Shown here one piece after another: positions 27,143 through 38,400 of a stretch of 64,000 bases of DNA. The number at the start of each line of letters is the position of its first letter. Within the stretch, counting starts at the first letter, position 1. Both the position numbers and the translations under genes were made by a program. The stretch is taken from NCBI GenBank assembly GCA_973895155.1, contig OZ316894.1, forward strand, positions 16,848,216-16,912,215. Reading direction: 5' to 3'. This DNA comes from Marsupella aquatica (Eukaryota > Plantae > Marchantiophyta). Under the pieces are notes generated by a model. The model worked only from the letters and a program-made list of their open reading frames with translations. It had not been told where the DNA came from and did not search any database.

Positions 27143-28933
27143 CTATTGGAATCTACCACTGAATAACAAATTGTCAAAGTCACCATCTGACAAGTTGTAT
27201 TCATTGACTGTGTAGTTGTCAATGGGCCTTGAATCAATGTGTGCCATTGCAATACTCTCTTGAGTCATATCTTTACTGTCTTGCTGTGTCTCCATTGGTG
27301 GCATTTGTTTCAACAAACCCGGTTGCTCATACTCTCGTTCATGAAATGGTTTCCGGCACCAATATTTCCGGCTCTTCTTCATCCACCTAAACAAGCAAGC
27401 ATGATGCCATAAGTGACCGCATGTTCCCAAAATGGAAACAGATTTGGGACCCCATGGATACAAGCACCAAGTATATCTTCCATCCTTTTCTCGAACAAAT
27501 TGGGCTATACTCTCATTGCTCTTCCACTTGTCAAAAAATTTCTCAACATCTTCAGGATCAACTTCCACATCCGAAAAAAGGTTAGATTATCCCGTAGGAT
27601 CAATCATGTGCAAATTCATATAATTGTAGTTGGTGCATCTTGATTTTTCATTGTCTGACTGACCATCCACCTCAGCAGTGTTCATTTGCTCAATCTCCTC
27701 TTGCAGATTGCTTATGATCACATCTTGTGATGCAACTTGATTCTTCAAATCAAGAATGACTCTATTTGCTTCTTGAACTTGCATCATTTGACTACATTGA
27801 CCATCCTTTTGGGCTAGTTGTTTCTTGAGCATTGCGATCTCCTCCATCTTGTCGTACAGTTGCACCTTGTATTCCTTGACCTCTGAAGTAGTTGCAGTTT
27901 GAATGGGTATTTTTTCCATTGCTTTCATCTTCATAATATTATCTTGCAACTTTGACTTGTAGTAGTCAATGCTGCTAGCTTCACAAAGCTCAAGACAAAA
28001 TTTTGTGCGAAGATTGTTCTCGATCAATTGACCAATCTCTGTGCCCAAACTCTTGCACACAATCTCCATGCTCAGTGATTCTTTCTTTGCATCCAAAACA
28101 CCAGTGAACTTTCCTGGTACATTGTTACTTGTAGAGGCAGCTAGAATGTTTGATTTTTTTTCCACATGTTTTGTTGCACCATAACTTTCGGATTTAGTGA
28201 AGAGTCGTTCCAATGCAGTCGGCTTATCTTTATGATGCACATGAATGTCTTGCGTATCATGTATCTTTCTTTTGGACCCTTTGTTTGTTGCTTGTGCCGA
28301 GATATCTTTCGCAATAGAACTCTTCTTAATTCCCTGTAAATCCAAGACAGACGTATGCACATTGTGAGCCATCTTGCCCTCTTCCGTTTCCCAACGGTAA
28401 TCCACCTTCCACTTAAGGATGAATTCAGCAATTAGGAGTCTGAGAAATGGCGGATAAACCAAACTCGTTTTGCCCTACGCCTTTTTTGGAGCATACTCTC
28501 GAAATTGTTGTTGCCAATGCTTCCCAATCTCCACATGTGTGACCTTCGACATGGTGTACTTCTCTTGCAACCAATACTTTATGGACCACAAAGTCTCATC
28601 ATCAAAAATGATTTTCATAAATTTGTGAAACTCCACACGCGGCATCAATATCTCCAATTCTTTGGCATTGATGGGCCAATCATTGTGAGGAGGTTTCACA
28701 TTTGGCATCGTGATATTCTATTCAACATCTTTGGTGTCCTCTTCCATTTTGGTTTTCCTTTGCTTTGCATGGTTGCTACTCATTCCCATGTCCTCATCCG
28801 TGGGTTGAGAATCTATGGGTTGAGAATCTATTGCAATGTACTCTTCCATAGCATAGTCGTGTAAATCCTAAGCATACCCGTCCTTTGTACAAGGTTTCTC
28901 CTCTTCATCGGATTCCAATTCCCATTTTCCCAT
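27143..28933 (-). pseudogene. Coiled-coil + C-terminal RING-H2-like protein (putative E3 ligase), transposon cargo
   Basis: ORFs 28475-28708, 27587-28462 and 27143-27568 share one frame from ATG 28933 (~596 codons, 4 in-frame stops). There is a heptad-rich region, then YTWC...TCGHLWHHACLFRWMKKSRKYWCRKPF. Confidence 0.75.
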
Positions 28934-29117
28934 ACTTGCAAGATCTACAATGACATAAACATATTTAGCATTCATTCAACATTTAACCATCAAGGTAAAA
29001 ATCGTAACAATACACAATGAAGCAAAGGAGAAAAATATTTAAAGTCATAGGACATGATTAAATAGATGATTATTCATGTCATATTTCATTGTCATTCATG
29101 ATGAAACTATGTCATCC

Positions 29118-30775
29118 CTAATCTCTTAGATAACGACTATTGTGCTGAACTAATCTACAATCCTGGAATGTCCTCATCATTCTCAAACTCCAATGAACAC
29201 AATCCATTCTTTTGGTGACATTAGTGGCCATCATGTCACGTATCATAATCTCCAATTTAGGGCCATGCTCTCTAGCATTCTAACCCCTATTCAAATAACG
29301 TGTCATTGGGGTCATTCCATCCCAATTTTCTGTAAGTAATGTCTCAAAGACATTGCCCAAAGCATATATGTCAGTTGCCTGACTGTACTCTACTGGATCG
29401 GAATGAACTAGCTCAGGCGCCAATTGTGGATATTTTTTTTGATACGCAACAGCTTTCTCTGCAGGGGTGGGCCACATTCGATTCAGTGGTAATGTGCATT
29501 GTGATTTGTGTTTGGACAACCCAAAATCACATATTCCTACATAAACTCTGATTGCCAAATCATCCTCGTGATCAAAGTGAAGAAGAATGTTCCCAAAATG
29601 AAGATCACAATGGAATCGGTCGTGTGCATGCAAATACTGCAACGTCTCCAATAAAGCCATAGCAATCCCCAAACGATGTTCCAAAAAGAGTTTCTTTTCG
29701 GATATGAATGTCACATCCACTTCCGAAGTGGATTGTGTCTTCCCCTTGCTCTTACTCCATTTCCCACACTTATCTATAAAGCTTCCCAAGTCACCTCCAT
29801 TGTAATGATCATAGATAAGTTTGGGTGGATCTTCGATGGTCATTGCCAAGGCCCCAATGATTCCTTTGTGATTCAACCCTCCCATTAGCACTTCTTGTAA
29901 AGTATCTGTTCGTCTTTTGTGTCGGTCTCCATCCTTGAATCGTTTTGCAACTAGTGTTGCATTTTGAGGAATCAATGGGCAATCCAATATATGACATATG
30001 AACACATGTCCTTGGATACCGCTTCCAATGCGATGCAAATTTTGTACTTGCTCCCTCCTCAAGAAATGAATACTCCTGACCATGGAAAGAACTCGTGATG
30101 GACGCGTTCCTCTATCTGCAACTTCCACGCCAATCTCTCCAAACTGCACGACCTTGCTCGCATATTTGACATTACTCTCCGATTTGGCCATTGCTAACTC
30201 TTTGCTCCATTTTGCTAGCAAATCTCTTCTATGTGTGTATAGCCCAGGAACTCCAAGCATGACGGCCCCAGCCTCATCCAAATTGGTTTCCAACTTGTCC
30301 CAAAGATTTATCGCAAAGTTCAACGCCAGATGTTCAACAAATCCACCTGGCTTCTCAAAATTCCTTATTAAGGCAGCAATTTCATCTCGGGTCATGTCTT
30401 CTTCTTTCTCCACAGTCTCATGCATGCAACGCCCCATGTCATTTAAAGGTTTTTGTAACCCTCTGCTCCATGCATGGCATACTTCCTCTGAAAGCCATCC
30501 TGCTGATACTGTGCTGGCAAAGTGTAGGGATATAGAATTTTTTTCTAAATCACAACTAACACATGTTGCCTTCTTTCTTTCAATGCAGCACCAATTGCTC
30601 CTCCTCTGTGTTTCCATTTCCCTAAGGTTTTGCCATGTTTACAGATTTCTAAGGTTTTGTGAGCATTCCTTAGGGCACTGAGGGCATGAGGATCTGGTTG
30701 GTACCCTTCGTTTAGCACGGTCTTCATTGCCTCAAAAAGTCTCATATACTCTACACTCACATGTGCAGCGGCCAT
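29118..30775 (-). pseudogene. Intronless protein kinase (ePK fold) with an unrecognised N-terminal region, transposon cargo
   Basis: IGSGIQGHV, VAKRF, QEV, LNHKGII, YLHAHDRFHCDLHFGNILL, ICDFGLSK, APEL, TDIYALG. Reading through TAG at 29280 gives ...MMATNVTKR (subdomain XI) and a stop at 29118. A frameshift joins it to ATG 30775. Confidence 0.9.
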
Positions 30776-31569
30776 GTTCTCAAGTAACCACAACAAGTTG
30801 TAGGATAAAGAATAGGTGCTTACGGAGTGAGTTGGCTGCTTGCCGAGGGTACAGATGATGCAAGTACAATGAAGCTGGATCAAGAATCCTGAAATGTCAT
30901 TTTACACTTTGTGTTGGTACCAATAATACCCAAGCAATATAATCTAGATATTTGTTCTATTTTTTATTCTTTTATTTAGTACTTTGAAAGTAACAATGAT
31001 GAAGGGGAAAGACAACTATGTGAAATACCACACGCCGAGCCGAAACTCCAAGCATGCGCACAAAAGTGATCTTTTCCTTCAAGTTGTTACATTCCTACTC
31101 CAATCTATGTGAAACCTATAGTTTAGATATCATTTGTAAATGTTGTGAAAATATTTACAAGGAATTGAGATATCCATGCAGAGTACTACACGTCGAGTCG
31201 AAACTCCAAGCATGCGTACATGAAAATCTCTATCCTAGCAAATTCTCCACTCAACTCACAAATGACACTAAACTGTTAAGGCGATATTCGGTTCTCTCAT
31301 ACGAAATACCACACGCCAAGCATAAGCTCCAAGCATGCGCATACGTGAGAACCATAATACCCCTCCAAATTAATACTAAATATGAAAGTCATATATGCAA
31401 TGCAAAACATAGCAAAAAAAACACTCAAAAACAAGGCAACTAAACTCAAAAGTAAACAAAACATGAGGAAAAGCAAGAAAAACTCACCAAAGGCCTTTCC
31501 TGCATTAGAGCCAAGCCAAAGTTAGAGAAAAAGAGAGAGAATGAGAGAAAGTGAGGAGAGCTCCTCACT

Positions 31570-32030
31570 TTATAGGCCCGGTCCCGGTCTGCCCCCCCCC
31601 TCCCCCACCTCGCGAGCCGTCTTCCGGGCGGCCGAGCCCGACCCCCCCGGCGGCTGCCTCCCTCTTTGCGTTTTACTCTCCTTAGGGTCCGAGGGCCGGG
31701 GGCTTTTGGGTCCCGGGCGGGGGGGGGGGGGGGGCTTTAGGGTCCAGGCCGGGGGCTTTAGGGTCCGGGGTGGGGGGGGGTCTTTAGGGTCCGGGCCGGG
31801 AGGGTGCAGGGTCTGGGGCCGGGGGCTTTAGGATCCGGGCCGGGAGGGTGAGGGGTCCGGGGCCGGGGGCTTTAGGGTCCGGGGCGGGAGGGGTTTAGGG
31901 TCCGGGCCGGGCCGGGGGGGTTTAGGGTCCGGGGCCGGGAGGGAATAAGGTCCGAAGCCGGGTCAGGACCGGGACTTCTACTCAGGCCGGGACCGGAGGA
32001 TGTACTCGGGCCGGGACCGGATGATGCCGA
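31570..32030 (+). repeat. GC-rich right subterminal array containing TTTAGGG heptamers
   Basis: Repeated GGCCGGGGGCTTTAGGGTCC-like units, with a minus-strand TATA (CTATAAAG) at ~31568-31575. Confidence 0.88.
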
Positions 32031-32385
32031 CTGGGAGAGTCCGGGTGTCGGTTTGCCGGTTGACGGCCTTAAAACGGCCTATTTGCCGGGCAAGTCCAAA
32101 CCGGGATCCTACACCTCTGTGGTCCCCCTCACTGGAGAATCTGACTATTATTATCACACCCTTGAAGCAGAGTGCGCCAGGGGGGAATCCCAAAACTACA
32201 AAATATCTGAAATATCAAATTTACTGCAATCCAGCTCTTAGGAAATGTGGTCTATGGGGGTTTCAAAGACCAACCTTGTGGTCCATGGGGGCTTGAAACT
32301 CGGATTCTGAGAGAAGATATGATTACTGTAATTTAGAGAGGATTGCAGATTTGCAGATCGACAGTTCGTGTGTCGAGAATTGGAT

Positions 32386-35300
32386 ATGGAGGAGAGGGGA
32401 CTGCAGCGCGTAGCTCAGCTGGCGAGGCACATCACGAGGAGCGATGGCACTAGCAAGTACGAGCGCTTGCATCGAATTGACTCCACGGATCCTGTGGTGT
32501 GGAGACATTGCTCCGTGGGAGCTGCGCAATTTGAGGAGGTCATATATGAGAAGGGCGAAGGGATCGCCAAGGTTGGGATGTGTAGTTTAATGCCAGCTTA
32601 TTGTAGCACGACTTCGTTGCTCGACTGCTCTTTACTGTTTCCGAGGTTGAATACTGATGTGGTTCTCTTCCGCAGATGACCATCAATAGGCCAGAAAGTC
32701 GGAATGCTTTCACACCCAAGACGGTGGAGGAGTTGAGTCTTGCTTTTAACGATGCTCGCGACGATAGCGAAATTGGTGTTGTGATTCTCACAGGCAAGGT
32801 GCTAAGCGAGCTTGTAATATTTTGTCTATCCGCGTGTCAAGTGTTGTTGGATAGGAAATGCTGGTGCAATGTGTAAAATTATTTCACTGGTGATACCTTT
32901 TCATGCAAGTGTTTGTAATGGCCAGTAAACTAACCATTGGGTAAGGCAACAGGGGAAGAATTACAAATCACAACCGTATTGCAATATAGTCGAATCTTTT
33001 CGTTTCAAACACATTGATCAGACCAGGAGGAAGCGGGTATGGTGCAACTTAGCCTGTGAGAAGTGAGCCATTGATGCAATATGTCTCTATCATTCTTCCT
33101 GGAGTTTACTTAGTCACAAATCTGTCATGATGTTTTCAGGGAAGCAATGCATTTTGCAGCGGAGGTGATGTAGGAGTTCGTTCAAATATGGGTTACGTTG
33201 GAGGTGACAAAATTCCTAGATTGAATGTTTTGGACTTGCAGGTCAGTGTGTTTTGTTGTCGCCGATAACTGTGTCATAACTTCTCTCTTATTGACTTGGA
33301 CTGTAAGTGGCTGCGAGTGCTCTCCTTGCCAACACTCGCACGATTCATATTCAAGCTGGGATTGTTGGAAGAGACGTGTCCCAGCGACAGAGAAATTGGT
33401 CCTTAGACGAACGTTTGCACGCAACCACAGTGCAAGACGGCCAGGATGTAAAGAGCGTCTCCTTATATTCAGATTTCGTTGTTCGTTTTTGCAGATTCAA
33501 ATTCGAAGGTTGCCCAAACCAGTGATTGCCATGGTAAGTTCTTGACACCCTCTTGTGGTTATAGAACATGCTCTTCAGCTTATGTGGCCAAGAACCTAAC
33601 TAGTCAAATCCATGGTACCGAGTTTTTCGTGAGTTGAATGCACTGGATTGATCATAACTTTCCACCGAACTTGCTGGCAGAACACCATCAAGAGGCCCTT
33701 GCGCGTGGCAGATTTATTTTGTGGAAAATCGCACTGATCTGGAAGTGTGATCCTGTTCTTCTATTCCAGGTTTCAGGCTATGCTGTTGGAGGTGGGCATG
33801 TTCTACAGCTGGTGTGTGATCTCACTATTGCGGCAGACAATGCTGTGTTTGGACAAAGTGGACCGAAGGTAGTGTACTCTGTCTCTCGGGCATCTGCAAT
33901 GTATTACCATCGGTGATTTCCTTTGCTTTGGCGTAGTAGATATTAACTTGGAACTTAACAATATCTGATGTCACCATATTATTCCTTATTCTTCAAGGCT
34001 GTACAAGGGAGACAATTGCTGATAGAGCTTGGCTCTGGACTTATCAGGTCGGGAGTTTTGATGCCGGATTTGGAGTCAGTACGATGTCTCACATGGTGAA
34101 TAGACGCTTTCCTTATGACACCTGAACTAGGATTGGAAGTCTGGGTGTCCAACAGAACTGTTGTAAAAGTGAAGGTGCATTTTTTGTCAGTGTTTTACGG
34201 TTGCCGATTCGCTTTCTATCTTTCCTTCGGAGTAATCAATAGGGATGCTTTGTTTTGCCTTGCTAGGTCATCTTTATATCATGGTAGTGGATAGTAGGAC
34301 CATGCATACACCTCAACGCTGTAACGACTTTAACGGCTGTGGGTTTACAGATCGGTGCGAGAAAAACCAGGGAAATGTGGTTTTTGGCACGTTTGTATGA
34401 TGCTCAGGAGGCGTTGAGTATGGGTCTTGTGAACACCGTTGTACCTGTAAGTTGCAAACTTCTGCTCTGTAGCCGGGTTTGGCTATAATCTGGGACCTCA
34501 GTCTATTTCAGTAATCAGTCGGGTTCGTTTGACCAATTGAGGCGCATTGGTGCCTGTAACGAGCTGTTTTATTAATTTGTGTGAAGTAAGTATTGCTATC
34601 ATAAGGTATGAATTTTTGTTTATAATGATGACTGGTATACCAGTGCAAAACATTACGGCTGTAAAACTAAATCTCTCTGGCAGACTCTACAATCTATGAG
34701 GATGTCTTTAGCAGAGTTTATTAACATGATTGATAATCCCTATTGGAGATTGAGTCAACCATCACAAACTACGGTACAGGTCGTTAAGCTTTTGATGGCT
34801 CATTTTCTCCCCACGCCTAACAGCATTTGGTTAGCAACATTCTGGGACAGGGTCCAAGTCTTTTCCTTCATCGCTGTAGTTAGGTATTCTGCTAACTTTA
34901 TTGGTGACGATGTTTTCTCTTGGCAGCTTGATAAGTTGGAACAAGAGACGGTGAAGTGGTGTCGCGAAATACTATCAAATAGCCCCACTGCGATCCGTGT
35001 CCTCAAGGCCGCCATCAATGCCACGGAGGGAAGCAGTGACCTGCAAGTAAGTAGTGCTTTCTGAATATATGGTGAACTTGTAGTTTTGGTTGATGTATTG
35101 GTTAGGTAGTGGAGGTCGCAACATGACTTCAAATGTCTAGTCTTTCTTGCTTGAAGTTGATCATTGGCAACCTATCGCGTTGGCAATGTCAGCTATTGCC
35201 TCCCTTCAATGTAAAAAATCCAACTTCCTACAACTAACTTGCATGTGTCAAGATCGGGCAGTTTTGTTCACTAAACTGTCTGCTGGTTCGTTGTTGATGC

Positions 35301-35421
35301 CCAGGCATTGGCAGGGAACGCAACGTTGGTTTTTTATGCCACTGGTGAGGCTGAGGAAGGGAGAAAGGCATATCTTGAAGGACGACGTCCAAATTTCTCA
35401 AAATTCAAAAGACTCCCTTGA
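32386..35421 (+). CDS. menB: 1,4-dihydroxy-2-naphthoyl-CoA synthase (MenB/DHNS), peroxisomal; 9 exons: 32386-32571, 32676-32798, 33140-33241, 33495-33533, 33770-33868, 34048-34095, 34351-34446, 34927-35046, 35305-35421
   Basis: The spliced frame is open with GT-AG introns: [86 protein letters not shown]-terminal PTS2-type RVAQLARHI. Confidence 0.95.
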
Positions 35422-38400
35422 GCCGTGATGCAGCTTTTGTTGCTGGAATGCTGTCCACTTGACGAACTTTCCCGAGACTGTACAACGCATATGCAATAAT
35501 GCTGGGATGCCTTAGTTTGGTATTACTTACTTGACGTTGTATTACGAGTGACACTGGCAACCTCTCAACAACCATTGCAAGCAACCAGGAACCTAAGCGA
35601 AGTATTTCTAATCATTGTGTAGGGCTCTGAATGGTTTTCGAGGTAGTTTGTGAGTTGTAGTCATTTTAGGAAACTCATTCTTTAAAGACATTTGGATCGA
35701 GGTTGTTACTTCATCGCCTCTGATCAACGGATATACGAATTGCCCATACCTTGTGTACAACAGGTGGGTTTGGCTCGCTCATCCTTGATGGACCCCATCC
35801 AACTTTCAGAACACGGTACCCATTCGTAATTGTTCGTTGTCTGCTGAGCAATGCACTGGGTCTTCCAATTAACTTGAAGCTTCTCAATTCACCTATGGAT
35901 CAAGGCCCTGGACGGGACAGTAAACGAAGTCACAGAAAATTGTGGGTTCAGGATCTGCTGGTTTGCCAGAAATAAAAGAAACTCAGTCTTCGATTCAATG
36001 TGCTACGCTTTACTCTGGAATGGCCATTCTTAGTATTTGATGCAAATAGAGTCTCGAGAGCTAAACCGATCTGTTTGAGACCTCACGTGTTGGAGAATTT
36101 TTCTTCTCTAATAGTGACGCCATATTTGCTCTATTCGCAGCACTCTGCTCCATCGAAGAGATGCTCTGCTTCAAGTTGAGTTGATGCTCAGATGGATCAT
36201 AACTTTAGACCTCAGTGTTCTTACAGACTAAAGCATTCTTGGCACCAATAGCAATATCTTATTTGAGTGGAAAATAATGTGTGAAAATAGTCACCTGTAA
36301 GACCATGGTCTTGAGCATCTTCACAAATATTGTGGTCTAGAGGATCTTCATTTTGGCCCAATTAGTTCTGACCTTTATTTAGTGGGATCCCCTGTTGGGC
36401 ACAGTCTGGTACAGGACCATTCTGGTAATAATTTTCTCCTTTGTGTGAAGCACTTAAAGTGGTGAAAAGTTAAACTATCTTTCAGGAAACTATGGATCGC
36501 TGACATCTGAATCCACACCGCATTCATGATGCATAAATGCAATATTTATAGTTATGTGACATTATCTTGGATTGACAGGATTGACAAGGAATGGGGGTAA
36601 GGGAGAAAAAATAGCCATGGAGTAGTGTGATATTATTATGTAAACAACATTGAACAAGCCAAATAGCTCAATTTTCATTCAGAACTAACCCAATGCTTGT
36701 GTTTTGCACCAAAAATGTTGAAATGCGAAGTGCACACTTTAAGCAGGTGACACCTAAGATGTGTTGTTGTTGTGGTTGGATGGTCACTGCTGCTGAGTTG
36801 CAGTTTGTGGAAGTTAATTGTGTTCCACCTTGGTTGCCATGTGGGTGGGTGGTCATTGCAGTAATGTTCTTGTTGTGGCAGGGTTTTAGTTTTGGTTGGG
36901 TGGTTGTTGATACAGAAATGGTAATTTTGGTTCATATTATTGTTGCAAAAGTGATGTTGTTAGGGAGGTGAGGGTGTGTCAAGGATGCAGTATGAGGGTA
37001 CCAGTGCTATATGCATACCAAAGGTAGATGGGTAGGACAGAAGGCAGGCCTGCAGGGTGGGTTTTGGTCAATCCAACAATCACAAAATAGGTTTCATAAA
37101 GCAAACGGCCATGATTTACTCCTGCCCATTTTACTCGTTGTAAACAGATGGCACGGAATATTTGCCAAGTTTGCATATTTTAGCGGTTGATGGCTAGGGA
37201 TTTCTGCTTGGAGTGAAATATTTTGGTTGGTGGGACCTCACACAAAAGTGCAGCGCTTGTGAGACTTCAAAAGGTCTATATTGTTTTGGTGGGACCCATT
37301 TCAAGCGTGCAAGAGGTAACTTTCACTTAGAGCTTTCCCACTGGGAGACGAAATCTGCAGCTATAATGTCGCATGTGACAATTGAATAAAAGATTATTGT
37401 CGTCATCACTTGCTTGCATGCAAGCTTTGGATAGGCTTGGGAAGTCAGCTGTAGTGTTTACTACAAGTTTTCCAACAGATCTGCAACCTTTTGTGTAGTT
37501 GAGGTGCTTTGGACTCTCTTGTCTCAACTCGATGACTTTAAATTGCAGGATGTCTTCACTACATCCTTGTCCCCGCCATGTCCCCATGGAAAGCTTCACT
37601 GGGGATGCTCTTAGAAAGAGAAAAGTGGTTGAGGGAGGCAACTAAGATTGAAGGCAGCAGTGTTGAGGGTGGCATGCCAGGGTTGTGTCCTAATGGGTGT
37701 GAAAGAGTCATCTTTACTGACTTCTGACACAAATTTCCCATCCTGTAGTTGCTCACTAGGAAAGTATGCCAAAATTTCTGGAGAATTTGCTTTACAACAC
37801 AAATGTGTATGCACACAAACACATTCAACCACTCTAGGACATTTCTGCAATCAGGTGGAGCTTGGCCTGGAAGCAACTTATCATGGCAGGTTTTTGGATG
37901 GCAAATTGAAAGGCAGGAGCAATGAAATACAAACTTTCATGAAGCAGACTATGGTATAAGTTTTTGAGCACCACTTCCGTTCCAACACCTCCAGTTGTTC
38001 TTCATAGCCCCAACACTCCACTCTTGTCCTTCCATGACCTCTCTTGCAAGTTCAACACACAACTCAGGCACCTTTTGCTTTAGTCGTGCACCTCAACTAG
38101 GGGGCTTGGGCCTCAATAGCTCATACGTAGCAAGGCATAAGGTGTGTGCGCATTGCTGTTACTGCACATCGAGGTACAACCAATCTGGACAGGCCATGCC
38201 TAGACTAGGCAATGTGGTAGCTTGTGAAGCCTTCCATGCAAAAGTAATTGTCCACTTAGAAAGATGGTTGAAAGCAGGGCAGGTATTACTTAGACATCGG
38301 GTATGTGTTGGTGGGCCGGGTAGTGTGTCAGCAAGAATTTTAAGAGAACACTCACTACTACATTATTGACATGTGTAATATCAAGACAATTTAGATCACA

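Larger units (their letters stand above)
19961..32183. mobile_element. 12.2-kb DNA transposon with hAT/DUF659 transposase plus kinase and RING cargo
   Basis: Left end CCCCTGGCGCACTGTCCTTCAAGGGTG. Right end reverse complement CCCCTGGCGCACTCTGCTTCAAGGGTG (25/27 identical). Flanked by GG on both sides, with GC-rich subterminal arrays and three internal genes. Confidence 0.85.

Noticed and set aside
30082-30681. 199-aa plus-strand ORF
   Set aside because: It is the antisense shadow of the kinase gene.
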